From: an uncultured Verrucomicrobiales bacterium
GTDB lineage: Bacteria; Verrucomicrobiota; Verrucomicrobiia; Verrucomicrobiales; Akkermansiaceae
Assembly: GCA_964398555.1 (NCBI GenBank)
Contig: CAYNNY010000001.1
Span: forward strand, 4,861-67,078
Length of the DNA stretch: 62,218 bases
Direction: 5' to 3'
Shown: positions 40,201 to 49,190 of the stretch, one piece after another
Numbering within the stretch: the first letter of the stretch is position 1
Layout of the letters: each line of letters starts with the position of its first letter
Made by a program: the position numbers and the translations under genes
The notes under the pieces: model-generated
Databases searched by the model: none
The model's input: the letters and a program-made list of their open reading frames with translations, nothing else
What the model was told of the DNA's origin: nothing

Positions 40201-40995
40201 AAAACGGAGAAAGGGGAACTGCTCGCCGGGCCGTTGCTGCTCGATTTCTGGCGTGGCACCACCGATAATGATCGGGGCTACCACATTGAGCGGAACTCAC
40301 CGTGGGACAATATACAAACCATCTCTAAGCCCCAGATGAGCCATAAAAAAATAGAGGCGGGTCATCGTATCGAGGTCACGGGTGATCTTGGGGAAACGGG
40401 AGCCCTATTAGCGATGTCATTTGATGTGCATTCTGATGGGCAGATCCTGATTCAGACGCGCTACACTCCAAGTTCATTGAAGTTAGAAAAATCAGAACGA
40501 ACCGTTGGAATTCTTCCTAGAATTGGGCTGCGGGTGGAAGTAGATCCCTCGCTCACTCAGCTTTCTTGGTATGGTCACGGGCCGCGCGAGACTTACTCGG
40601 ATCGTAACTACGAACTCATTGGCCGCTACAATAATACCGTCGATGGCCTCTTTTTCGACTACTCACGTCCCCAGGAAAGTGGTAACATCCACGGCGTGCG
40701 GCAGGCATTTCTCAGTAATGGAAACGGGCGAGGTCTTGAGATTCTCGCCAGTGCGGACGCCCCTGTTGAGGTCTCCATCCGGCGCCATACCAGCAAAGAA
40801 CTTAACACCTATAAATACAGCTATCAACTGCCACCGAGAAATCGAGTGTTCCTTAATGTTGACGGTCGTGTTAATGGTGTAGCAGGCATCGATACTTGGG
40901 GCGCCAAACCGCTGACTCAGTATCAAGTCCGGGAAGGCAAACCACTCAGTTATCAATTCATCCTCCGTGGAACGAACTCCCACCTTTCCCCATAA
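37216..40995 (+). CDS. lacZ: LacZ-type GH2 beta-galactosidase with an inserted LamG-like domain
   Basis: GVDSAF, EDQDMWRLSGIFRDV, GVNRHEH, NAVRTSHYP, EANIEGHG, WSLGNES (acid/base), SEYAHAMGNS (nucleophile), GAFAWDWKDQG, then a ~220-aa insert, then FAYGG...NFCMNG; WYGHGPRETYSDR and YSRPQESG in the small-chain-like domain. Confidence 0.92.
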   Translation: MKSSKTKNRHTPKWVKTPQTSLSVFVLQFILIFWLSLATSPADNSRPYWNDPEIIQINRLAPRAHFIAYPDVASAKLGGVLKRADAPFRKSLNGTWKFHYSTTPEFRPKEFYKPNFDTSNWHSIAVPLNWQMAGFGIPIYNNSFFPFNSSPPYIDQSFNPVGSYKRSFSVPENWKGRRILIHFAGVDSAFTLWLNGKEVGYSEGSRTPAEFDITPFLVKGKNDLAVEVIRFSTGAWLEDQDMWRLSGIFRDVELISQPAGERLSDFSLQTPLDATYTDATLELTCTFEKPDKGSVQIIVFDQDGQQILAEKSTITQGIATFKKPVKSPKLWSAETPNLYQLLISHYNSKGKLVEVIPWKFGFRWSEMKNNRQLINGKPVVIAGVNRHEHSDTHGHYCTLEEMRQDVIQMKQLNFNAVRTSHYPNVPEFYALCDEYGLYVNNEANIEGHGHQGIPKMAIFDATHLDRMQRMVERDKNFTSVISWSLGNESGRHGAHDTNYTWTKSRDPRPVCYQRHHKDSTFTDYNSTFYKRSWELAVFAKKPTNLMMIMSEYAHAMGNSSGNMKEYWTTFWEENNVQGAFAWDWKDQGIRLPVPERSWITMPGVDADDLLVEGSQITKNGLRGILYFCHGSEPDIPTPWTLHMTLRTAPKSDDELAFFPLFGRDSTKGAVFMEKNALVFQNFGRNRNKLIAPLPDSFFDGKEHTITVAVNNTEVTFFTDAKKIKTLALKAKFKKKWKGYVAFGPAVGTALVPERLETSAPTLLNAQLLEGIYTPAEIASAKPVVALNFRKPVKVIDHRPAGGHFFAYGGYWENRRGHLNPGNFCMNGIVSADNTAHPGAYAFKYVQQPFDTQVIDAKSGTITIHNRNFFKALDDSYLLRWALTADGETIQSGAFPDLRILPQKTKKLTLPIKPTTYKAGVEYRAQITCELRKPTSWAKAGHRIAWDSFRIAYTPKPPSFSTKLPLTLKETSDRLILTGHGFSVEFDKKTATLVSYKTEKGELLAGPLLLDFWRGTTDNDRGYHIERNSPWDNIQTISKPQMSHKKIEAGHRIEVTGDLGETGALLAMSFDVHSDGQILIQTRYTPSSLKLEKSERTVGILPRIGLRVEVDPSLTQLSWYGHGPRETYSDRNYELIGRYNNTVDGLFFDYSRPQESGNIHGVRQAFLSNGNGRGLEILASADAPVEVSIRRHTSKELNTYKYSYQLPPRNRVFLNVDGRVNGVAGIDTWGAKPLTQYQVREGKPLSYQFILRGTNSHLSP

Positions 40996-41010
40996 AAAGG
41001 ACCTCTTGTT

Positions 41011-43356
41011 ATGAAAATAATCATCCAAATCTGCTATGTTACCATTTTTATGTTTGCCTCAATGGTTCGTGCTGCCCCGGTTTCCGATGCCGCTACGTTG
41101 GGCTCTCTGGATCCAGCGCACAAAAGCAACCGTGTCCCAGATCTATTGATCAAAGAAGTCGTCAAGGTGTATCATGCCAAGGGAATTCCGCCAGCCATTG
41201 CCTTACTGGACAAAAAGGCAAGAATCTTCATGGCTCGGGAAAACTGCACTCATAAGGAAATTTACCATTTTTACGGCCGCATCTACAAAGAGGCGCAGAC
41301 CCGTTCGGGAAGTAATAATGTTAAATGGTCGGCAGCGATTTTTGGATGGCTTTACAGTTACATGGACGAGATAGGCAAGCACACCTACGCCAATGGAGTC
41401 TCCACCTGCCTGATCAGTGATTATTTCTTGATGGGACGCATGGGAGAAGCTCGTAAAATTCTCGATGAACAAATGAAGATCAATCGGCGAATGGGCAAAG
41501 TTTTTGATCTTAGCCAACTTCCTGACCTCGGTCGAGCCTACCCACTCGTTCCTGAAATCCGAAAATACAAACTGACAAAAGATCAGATTAGCATGAGGAT
41601 TTACCCGAGACTGGCACAAATTGAGATGATTACAGGCCTGTGGAAAGAATCCATCACACACAACAGAGCCATGCATGACGCCCTCATGGAGTTCATTGTC
41701 GCTCATCCTAATAACAAAATTCGTAGAGCCAACGATATTGATTTTGAAGCCGGAAATGCAGCCATTGCGATTGCCGACACCTTCCGCTGGCTCGGGTTCT
41801 ACGAGGAATCCGCCAAGCAATACAAGTTTGTCATCGAATACCCGTGGATGAATCCTTACGGCGGCTCCATCGTCACCACATCACAGCATAAGCGACTTCA
41901 ATGTGAAATCGCGTTAGGGCGAGTCACGCCACAGATGCCGGAGGAGCTTTCCTCCATCAGGAAAACCATGAAAGGAAATGTTTACATGTCGCGCCATGAA
42001 CGAATCAGCGTTGATGTGACCCGTGTAGATGCTCTCTTCTCCCTTGAAAGGAAGGACGAGGCCTGGATACTTCTGAATCAACTTTTCGAAAAAGAAGATC
42101 GTTCGGATGTTCGCGCTTCTTTTGTGAAGCACTCGTTGGCATCAGGTCGGATGGATCAGGTGGAGGAACTCCTCATTCAACTTCTTAATGCAGCCAGAAA
42201 GCAGGGAAATAAGCCGGAGGAAATCAAATACTACCGACTGTATATCGATTTTTTAACCCGCGCAGGACGTATTCAGGAGGCTCTCAAAACCGCCGCCGAG
42301 TATATACGTCTGCTGGAGAGTTTTGATGTTTACACGCGGCTTCCGCAGGCACACATCACCTACGCCCGTCTCTTAGCGATGGCAGGCAATCTAAAAACCG
42401 CCAAACACCAGCTGCGTATATCCAAAGACCTCCTTCGCAACGGTCGAGCCTACCCACCTCATTTGCGCCAACAGGCCACAGCGAATCTCGCGGCGGATCT
42501 ACCAAAAGCCACCCATAAAAAAGAGCCTCTCCTTCTGGTGGATCTCCAGCCAAAAAAATCCATAGTGAGTGCGCTTGTGGGGTTCCCCGCACGAGGCATC
42601 CTCAGTGTATCCAACCCTAACTCCCGTCCTATGGAAGGCTCCATCACCTTTCACGGCCTCGCAGTCAAATCCCAATACTCCTCGGAAAGCTCCGTAGCGA
42701 CTCTCAATGTAGATCTTCGTGGCAACGACTCAGCAAATGCGCCTCTCAAACTTCTCATTGAGGGCGAAGGTGTTATTTTTCTGGATCTCCAGACAGCTGT
42801 TCAGCAGCCTAACGAAAAAGGGATTTTGGAAATCAAGTGGACACCCACCCACCCCCCCCACACTGAAGAAGGAAAATCCCAAACCGTCACCTGGGAAGTG
42901 CAGCCACCGGAACAAGGGGAGGTCAAAAGAGCTATTGTTGATGCTGGGCAATACAAAGCCAACCCCTACTACAGCATTCCCATTCATCACCTTCTCCAAA
43001 GCCGCGCTACCGTCTCGGAAGGCGAAGAAGGCGAGGACATCATCGATTTTCAAATTCTCTCGTCTCAACCCACACGTATCGAAGTTTACGATGCTGAAAA
43101 TAACCTTGTGATGGTCGATGCCCAGGGAGATGGGAAATACGATCTGCAAGGCGATGTCATCGTTCAGGATGCCAATGCCAACAGCCTGCCGGACATCGCG
43201 GTGCCACTTCCGCTTGGAGAGTCTCGGTTTGTTATTTATTTACAACCCAACGAACCGATCGCAGAGGATGGAATCACACTCACTTTGAAAATTAAAGATA
43301 CTCATGGAAAATGGATAACCCTCTCAGAAGATAATCTGCTTCCCCGCACCCGCTAA
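41011..43356 (+). CDS. Secreted hypothetical protein; TPR-like helical N-terminal two-thirds plus beta-sandwich C-terminus
   Basis: 781-aa ORF with signal peptide, 15 bp after lacZ; amphipathic helix repeats (MGRMGEARKILD, WLGFYEESAKQY, AGRIQEALK, AGNLKTAKHQL); acidic DAQGDG / DANANS loops. Confidence 0.7.
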   Translation: MKIIIQICYVTIFMFASMVRAAPVSDAATLGSLDPAHKSNRVPDLLIKEVVKVYHAKGIPPAIALLDKKARIFMARENCTHKEIYHFYGRIYKEAQTRSGSNNVKWSAAIFGWLYSYMDEIGKHTYANGVSTCLISDYFLMGRMGEARKILDEQMKINRRMGKVFDLSQLPDLGRAYPLVPEIRKYKLTKDQISMRIYPRLAQIEMITGLWKESITHNRAMHDALMEFIVAHPNNKIRRANDIDFEAGNAAIAIADTFRWLGFYEESAKQYKFVIEYPWMNPYGGSIVTTSQHKRLQCEIALGRVTPQMPEELSSIRKTMKGNVYMSRHERISVDVTRVDALFSLERKDEAWILLNQLFEKEDRSDVRASFVKHSLASGRMDQVEELLIQLLNAARKQGNKPEEIKYYRLYIDFLTRAGRIQEALKTAAEYIRLLESFDVYTRLPQAHITYARLLAMAGNLKTAKHQLRISKDLLRNGRAYPPHLRQQATANLAADLPKATHKKEPLLLVDLQPKKSIVSALVGFPARGILSVSNPNSRPMEGSITFHGLAVKSQYSSESSVATLNVDLRGNDSANAPLKLLIEGEGVIFLDLQTAVQQPNEKGILEIKWTPTHPPHTEEGKSQTVTWEVQPPEQGEVKRAIVDAGQYKANPYYSIPIHHLLQSRATVSEGEEGEDIIDFQILSSQPTRIEVYDAENNLVMVDAQGDGKYDLQGDVIVQDANANSLPDIAVPLPLGESRFVIYLQPNEPIAEDGITLTLKIKDTHGKWITLSEDNLLPRTR

Positions 43357-43384
43357 GATAACGAGCCCACTCAATTTTTCCAAT

Positions 43385-44077
43385 ATGTCTATTCCGCATC
43401 GAACCATTGCCATTCTCTCTTTGGTAATTCCCCTATCCATTTTCGCCATTTCTCCATCAACCGTCGCCCGGGAAAGTGACCCTTCCAAGCCCACACCTAA
43501 AAAACTCGCCTGCGTCGGAGATAGCATCACCTATGGCGCACGGGTGAAAGATCGTAAAAAAAATGCTTATCCATTCCGTCTCGACAAGATGTTGGGAGAA
43601 TCGTGGACGGTGCGTAATTTCGGTATTGGTGGGACAACTATGTATAAAACAAAGTTGCGCCGATCATACTGGCGTAGCGGACAACTCAAGAAAATTGCCG
43701 ACTGGCAACCCGACGTCGTAACAATCATGCTCGGCACCAACGACGCCAACCAAGACAACGGCAATTGGGTAGGAAAAAAAATCTTCATGCACGATTACAA
43801 ACTCATGATTGCCGAGTTTCGCAAATTGCCAAGCCACCCGAAAATTTACCTCTGCCTACCGCCCCCACCATTCTCTCCGGAGCGTGCTCGCCGCTACGAA
43901 GTTTGGAAAAGCGACGTATTACCTGCGATCCGTCAGGTGGCAAAAGATGAGAAACTCCCCGTCATCGACACCTACTCCCCGCTTCTCAAACACCCAAAAT
44001 TACTCCCCGACAAAGTCCACCCAAATGCCGAAGGACAAAAGATCCTTGCCGACACCATCTACAAGGCTCTTCGATAA
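43385..44077 (+). CDS. SGNH/GDSL esterase (putative carbohydrate O-acetylesterase)
   Basis: Blocks CVGDSITYG, NFGIGG, MLGTNDA, DKVHPN; signal peptide. Confidence 0.93.
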   Translation: MSIPHRTIAILSLVIPLSIFAISPSTVARESDPSKPTPKKLACVGDSITYGARVKDRKKNAYPFRLDKMLGESWTVRNFGIGGTTMYKTKLRRSYWRSGQLKKIADWQPDVVTIMLGTNDANQDNGNWVGKKIFMHDYKLMIAEFRKLPSHPKIYLCLPPPPFSPERARRYEVWKSDVLPAIRQVAKDEKLPVIDTYSPLLKHPKLLPDKVHPNAEGQKILADTIYKALR

Positions 44078-44110
44078 AAAACAGGTCACGAATTCAGGCA
44101 AAACACTTTC

Positions 44111-44137
44111 GGAGTGCGGCGAGGTATCGCCGCTTTG
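44111..44137 (+). repeat. REP-like palindromic element (GGAG foot), copy 2, between convergent genes
   Basis: GGAGT-GCGGCGA-GGTA-TCGCCGC-TTTG; homologous to the reverse complement of 16416-16443. Confidence 0.75.
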
Positions 44138-44202
44138 AATACTCCCCCAGCATGCGACCTTTTCCCAACGAATCGCTTCATTAAAGAAACTCAGAGTCTG
44201 CC

Positions 44203-46065
44203 CTAATTCGAGGATGTTCCGTAACGAAAGAAATGGCGAGGTTGACTGTCATTGGGTAGTCGAAAACGAATGCGAGTGGTGCCGTTACCTAGATCCTCGG
44301 CATCGAGGAACTCAAGAGGAGCAAATTCCCAGTTGAGCAGATCTAAGGAGGTGGATGGATGTAAAGTAAGATCGTCCGGGCTAGTCGAAGCCGTGTAGCT
44401 ATAGACCGCTTCTTGCGTTCCAAAACCGAGACTGCTTAGGTCCTCGATACTGATGGATTGATTGGGTTGAGAAGTAGCACTGAGGGCATCTGTGCCAGCT
44501 CCGTATTCGATCTCATTACTAAAACCATCTTTATCGGCATCTCCCGAAGGATCAGCGAGGAGAGGGTTCCCATTTCTCCAAGTAGAGTAGGTAGAATTAC
44601 CTAGCCGGGAAGCTTGCGTTCCGATTTTTGAATTGAGGTCATTAACGACGGAGGAGTTGCTAGTCGAGACATCGTTCACTTCGTAGCGGAACGATGAGAG
44701 ATCGTAGAGATCAAGATCGCTACCTGTTTTGATCAGGCGCCAGTCCAGCGTGCGGAGAGCCGTCAGACTACCGAACCTTGAATATGCGTATTCCTTCCCA
44801 GGGGCAAAGGGATTGCGTATCATGGGAACGAGGGATACCCCAACAGGCGCTGCCGGAGGAGTGACCCCACACATCTCAGCAATGGTGGGATAAATATCAA
44901 CGCTTGAAACTATCCCCTCGGCGGGCACTGAAGCAAATGTTTCTGAACGGAGGTTGGCAGGAGGTCGAATGATGAGGGGGCATTCTAGCGAACGCTCAAG
45001 CACTTTATGTTTACCAATCAAACCATAATCATCGAGACACCATCCGTGGTCACCCCAGAGGACCACGATGGTATCGTCAGCAAGTCCGAGGGCATCAAGC
45101 TCATCGAGAACCTTGCCGATCTGTGCATCCACATAGGAAACACAGGCGAAGTAGCCGTGCCTGAGCTTATCCCGATCACTTTTGCTCGGATTTGAATAAG
45201 AGCTAATTTCCCCTGAATTGGTGGTGGTAGCTGAGTTGGCCCCCGTTGGTTTGCTAGCTGGGCTAGGACCAGGCACCGATGTGGGATCGTTTGGATCATA
45301 AAGATCCCAGTATTTTTTAGGCGCATTAAATGGGAGATGAGGCTTGTAGAATCCAACCGCTAGACAAAAGCGTGTGCCATCGTCTTTGAACTCGCGAAGT
45401 TTTTCGATCGCAGCTTGAGCCATCAAACCGTCGGGATAGGCATCGTCAGGCAACGAGTTCCCATTTTCATCAATTCCCACTTCATAGGCTGGGGTCTGGT
45501 TTTTCACCCTGCCCATTCCATTCGAATAGGCGAAAAGCGGGTAGCGTTGGGCCCCCCATTTGTTGTGATCAAATACAATTTCATTCCAAGAAAAGCGCAT
45601 ATCGGGGCGCGATGCGGAACTGCGGCCAATGGTGTAGCCACCATTCCACTCGTAACCATCAGGTTCATGGGTGAGCTTGCCAAGCGAGACGGTGTACCAT
45701 CCATTGCGGCGCAGTAAGTCAACCCAGCTTTCAGGAGTCGCTGGTTCACTGGAAGGCATGTATTTCTTGAAAGGCTCATTATCATCAGTTAAATGGGTAG
45801 GGCGCAGCCCCGTCATCAAAGCGTAGCGCGAAGCTCCACAAGTGGGCACAGAGGCGTAGTGATTGCGGAATAAACGCCCCTGACTAGCGAGCTTGTCAAT
45901 GTTAGGTGTTACCATGTGGGTAGCTCCGTAGCAATGAAGCTCTGGGCGAAGGTCATCAACCGCTATAAAGAGGACATTGGGAGGAGCGGCAGTAGCCGGA
46001 AGTGAGTAAAGGAAGGTGGCGGCGAGGGCGCAAATACCTAAAGAAAATGTGGAACGATGAGTCAT
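44203..46065 (-). CDS. S1 sulfatase, iduronate-2-sulfatase-like, with C-terminal extra domain
   Basis: PNVLFIAVDDLRPEL, TPNIDKLA, CGASR (CxAxR), FCLAVGFYKPHLPFNAPKKYWDLY, GYFACVSYVDAQIGKVL and WGDHGW match the IDS-like subgroup; C-terminal DADKDG..N..EY...SLDLLNW...FFRY. Confidence 0.92.
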   Translation of the reverse strand: MTHRSTFSLGICALAATFLYSLPATAAPPNVLFIAVDDLRPELHCYGATHMVTPNIDKLASQGRLFRNHYASVPTCGASRYALMTGLRPTHLTDDNEPFKKYMPSSEPATPESWVDLLRRNGWYTVSLGKLTHEPDGYEWNGGYTIGRSSASRPDMRFSWNEIVFDHNKWGAQRYPLFAYSNGMGRVKNQTPAYEVGIDENGNSLPDDAYPDGLMAQAAIEKLREFKDDGTRFCLAVGFYKPHLPFNAPKKYWDLYDPNDPTSVPGPSPASKPTGANSATTTNSGEISSYSNPSKSDRDKLRHGYFACVSYVDAQIGKVLDELDALGLADDTIVVLWGDHGWCLDDYGLIGKHKVLERSLECPLIIRPPANLRSETFASVPAEGIVSSVDIYPTIAEMCGVTPPAAPVGVSLVPMIRNPFAPGKEYAYSRFGSLTALRTLDWRLIKTGSDLDLYDLSSFRYEVNDVSTSNSSVVNDLNSKIGTQASRLGNSTYSTWRNGNPLLADPSGDADKDGFSNEIEYGAGTDALSATSQPNQSISIEDLSSLGFGTQEAVYSYTASTSPDDLTLHPSTSLDLLNWEFAPLEFLDAEDLGNGTTRIRFRLPNDSQPRHFFRYGTSSN

Positions 46066-46112
46066 AGTAATGTTTTTTACTTTCGAACGAGGCCGAGTTA
46101 GATTTTGACGTG

Positions 46113-47678
46113 TTATGGAGTGGGCTGAGTGAAAATTTCAAAACCATTAAGGAAGAGAAAAGTATCTGCGCCATTGGAATCAAGTGCGTGTAGCTCAATA
46201 GTCAAGGGGCCTGAGCCATCATGAATAAAGGAAAAGAACATGGTAGGAATTTGAAGGTCATTGATAAATGTGGTGTTCAGTCCGTTGGATCCCAGCGCGG
46301 TGGGTTGGACGCTGCCCTTCGTTACGCCGCCAATGTGAGCCTCGATGGTATTAGCAGATACGGTTGTGGAACCCTGCGCGAAACTGAATCCGCTGTTTTT
46401 ATAGGGCTCCAGATGGAAGGAGCGAAAAATATAAGCCCCAGCAGGTAAGTTTGTCAGGGTGAGATTAATTTGTCCGCCCCGCGTGCCTATGAAGTCCGCA
46501 ACCATAAATGAGCGGCTAACGTCTCCACCGGGGATGGCACGGGTGCCATCACCATTGGCACCTCGAAATTCGAAAGGTTGCCCATCGGGACGGGCAACGG
46601 TAATTTGCTGACTGCCAAAAATTTTGGTATAGCTGGTTTGATTGGCGGCTTGATTGGCGGCGGACCCAGAGATCACACGACACATCGACTGCGTAGGAGA
46701 ACCCAACTGGTCATCGCGGTTGAAGTCAATACCGAAAAGGCGGTTATCGAAAAGACCACCAGGATCATTGATATCGTTAGGATCCGTCCCATTCGCCACC
46801 TCAGCCCCATCTAGGATCGCATCACCATCAGTGTCTGCCTTCTGAGGATCTGTACCTAGCTGAAATTCTTGAAGATTAGTAAGGCCATCAGGTCCGCCAT
46901 TGGCATCCGCGTCTAGACCCGAGTCATCAACACCTACATTCAGGCCGTTAGCCGTTTCCCAGGTGTCGTTCATTCCATCATTATCGCTATCGTTACTGCC
47001 AACATTACCCGTCGTAACGGTGATATTTGAAAATGTGGCTTGGGTAGCATTAAGGCTGCCACCCATGAGGAAGGCAACACTGTCATAGGTGTATTGAGTC
47101 GAAGTTTGATTCGTCAGACTCAACGTTGAATTGTAGGATGCGCCGTCGGAAAAACTTGCGTCGATATTTAGATCCGCCCCATTTCGGGTGATACTCAGGG
47201 AAAAGTTGATCGTTGTATTCGCGACCGGAGTATTCATCGGATTTGACATGATGCCAAGCGTAGTCGTGCCAGCGCTCTTATATAACTGATTTGTATTGGG
47301 ATTAGGGGTCATCTTCACACGGCCAGTCGCGGTGGTTCCCGCTTCAGCCCAAATCCCGGAATAGCCGTTACTCACCCCCAGAGTGACGGGATTAGGGCCA
47401 TCGAAGAGACCTATCCTAAATTGATTACCCGCCAGAGTATTGTTGATTGAAACCGATCCCGTCAGGGTAAGATAATCGCCATCAGCAAGGGTGACTGCGC
47501 TGATATTGGCAGCGATCACGTCAGCATCAGCATCTGTGCTGACAGGTGAAGAAGTTGATTCGCTTCCATTAGAGAATCCCGCGTCGCCACTGACAGAAAC
47601 CCAATTAACAACAGGGGCAGCTCTCGCAAAGGAAGCAATACTGAGAAAAACAACGCCGAATAATGTGGATAATTTCAT
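46113..47678 (-). CDS. Secreted protein with Ca-binding (thrombospondin type-3-like) repeats between two beta-sandwich domains
   Basis: ATG 47678 gives MKLSTLFGVVFLSIASFARA (signal peptide); DSDNDGMNDTWE, DGLTNLQEFQLGTDP, DTDGDAILDGAEVANGTDP; C-terminal GIDFN...LTNLPAGAY...LNGFEI. Confidence 0.8.
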   Translation of the reverse strand: MKLSTLFGVVFLSIASFARAAPVVNWVSVSGDAGFSNGSESTSSPVSTDADADVIAANISAVTLADGDYLTLTGSVSINNTLAGNQFRIGLFDGPNPVTLGVSNGYSGIWAEAGTTATGRVKMTPNPNTNQLYKSAGTTTLGIMSNPMNTPVANTTINFSLSITRNGADLNIDASFSDGASYNSTLSLTNQTSTQYTYDSVAFLMGGSLNATQATFSNITVTTGNVGSNDSDNDGMNDTWETANGLNVGVDDSGLDADANGGPDGLTNLQEFQLGTDPQKADTDGDAILDGAEVANGTDPNDINDPGGLFDNRLFGIDFNRDDQLGSPTQSMCRVISGSAANQAANQTSYTKIFGSQQITVARPDGQPFEFRGANGDGTRAIPGGDVSRSFMVADFIGTRGGQINLTLTNLPAGAYIFRSFHLEPYKNSGFSFAQGSTTVSANTIEAHIGGVTKGSVQPTALGSNGLNTTFINDLQIPTMFFSFIHDGSGPLTIELHALDSNGADTFLFLNGFEIFTQPTP

Positions 47679-47748
47679 ATTTAAACTGCTGGAAATTTTT
47701 TTTGAGTGTATCATCCTTGGGGATGATAAGTATGCGTAACGAAATTTG

Positions 47749-47803
47749 AGGTTATCAAAATACAAGCAAGCCCGTCCATGTCATTACAAAAAAAAATGTG
47801 CCA
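47749..47803 (-). promoter_or_regulatory. Sigma70-like promoter with shared motif (copy 4), driving the 47678 gene and the sulfatase
   Basis: Minus strand TGGCAC-N14-TGACATGGACG, -35 TGGACG (47773-47778), 18 bp spacer, TGn-TAACCT (47749-47754). Confidence 0.6.
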
Positions 47804-48049
47804 TTTCCAAAACACAGCAGAGGAGCTAGCCCGACAGCAAAAGAAAATCGAATCCATGTCAACCACCGGTCAAAATCTGACACAAAAGCACATTTGAGGT
47901 ATTTCACCCACCTCCCTTATACCCTTTTCTGTGGCCACACCCTCACTTCCAGGCCACAAAAAACAGGTGAATTTTCATTCTACAAACTTTAAAAAACAAA
48001 AAAATAATCCCACCTCGTTATATTATATGAACTCACATAAAACAACCTT

Positions 48050-49048
48050 ATGAAAAACTACCTACTGATTGGAGCTGTTTGCTTGGGACTCGGATTTGCG
48101 GCCGGTCGATTATCATACCAAGGGAACCTAAAAGATTCAGAAAATCAACAAGTCCGAAACTCCCGACAAACCGTGGCCACTAAATCAACGCCACAGAACA
48201 GGTCAAAAAGGGATGTAAGAACCGGAGCACCTTCTGGAAAGACCTCCTATTCCAGCGGTAATTCAAGCATGCCTTCCGCCGACGAGCAGAAAGAAATATT
48301 TCATCAGATGAATGAAAACAGGTGGCGGACGCGAGACAACTGGCTATCGGAAGCCATTGATAATCAAGTTGGAAAATTCGACATTCGCCTTACAAAACTT
48401 TCATCCCAACTGGAATTAAATGCAGCGCAACAACAGAATATCAAAGAACTCTTAGAAGCTCAAATCAAAGATATTGTGAAGGAAGATACGACACAAGGGT
48501 TAGTATCTTTTGATTTGGATGGCAAAAAATTAGCGGACCAATTACTCGCAGACATCATGACCGATGAACAAAAAATCCGCTACGAGGCATTGAAAGAACG
48601 AGAGAGAGAAAGCGCCATCGATTCCAAAGCACTTCAAAACCTAGCAGGCATCAATAAACTACTTGATCTCAACGATGATCAGAAAGATAATGTGTATGAA
48701 ATCCTCCATAAACGGGCGACAAAGACCATTGATAAGCCAACAGACCAAACCGGAGGATATTTCTCCATGACAAGTAGCGGCGACGGCGTCGAGGTAGTAT
48801 CGGATACATTTGGCATTGGGCAAATCCTTGATCAACAGAGAAAAGCCATAAAAGAAAATGGCACTAAGACTGACTCGACCACCCTTAAAAAAATGGCTAC
48901 CGAGGGAGCGAATCAAAACATTAATATTAGATTGGCCGAGCTAAGTTCCGTGTTAGATGACTCCCAAATTGAGCAATATCGTAAACACCTGACCACTCAA
49001 GCCAACAGTATCATCGGGAATATGGTCATGGACTTCGGTTCCCCATAA
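48050..49048 (+). CDS. Hypothetical membrane-anchored helical protein
   Basis: N-terminal TM/signal (LLIGAVCLGLGFAAG), Ser/Gln-rich linker, and two LxLxxxQ...L..EQ..xY repeats (LELNAAQQ..MTDEQKIRY; LDLNDDQK..LDDSQIEQY) reminiscent of Spy/CpxP-like helical units. Confidence 0.75.
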   Translation: MKNYLLIGAVCLGLGFAAGRLSYQGNLKDSENQQVRNSRQTVATKSTPQNRSKRDVRTGAPSGKTSYSSGNSSMPSADEQKEIFHQMNENRWRTRDNWLSEAIDNQVGKFDIRLTKLSSQLELNAAQQQNIKELLEAQIKDIVKEDTTQGLVSFDLDGKKLADQLLADIMTDEQKIRYEALKERERESAIDSKALQNLAGINKLLDLNDDQKDNVYEILHKRATKTIDKPTDQTGGYFSMTSSGDGVEVVSDTFGIGQILDQQRKAIKENGTKTDSTTLKKMATEGANQNINIRLAELSSVLDDSQIEQYRKHLTTQANSIIGNMVMDFGSP

Positions 49049-49190
49049 GAGAAACATCTTCCCCTTACTGATGATGATCACAGAGAGCTTTGTCGCCATG
49101 TTTATTCTTGCCCTGCTTCGTTACACAGAGCGCGGCCATAACCACCTATCATAGTTTCTTGAGTCCGATGGAATTCTGTATTTATTAAAA

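Noticed and set aside
46066-46112. Possible split or frameshifted fusion of the Ca-repeat protein and the sulfatase
   Set aside because: The sulfatase has its own ATG and signal peptide, and both ORFs end in complete-looking domains.
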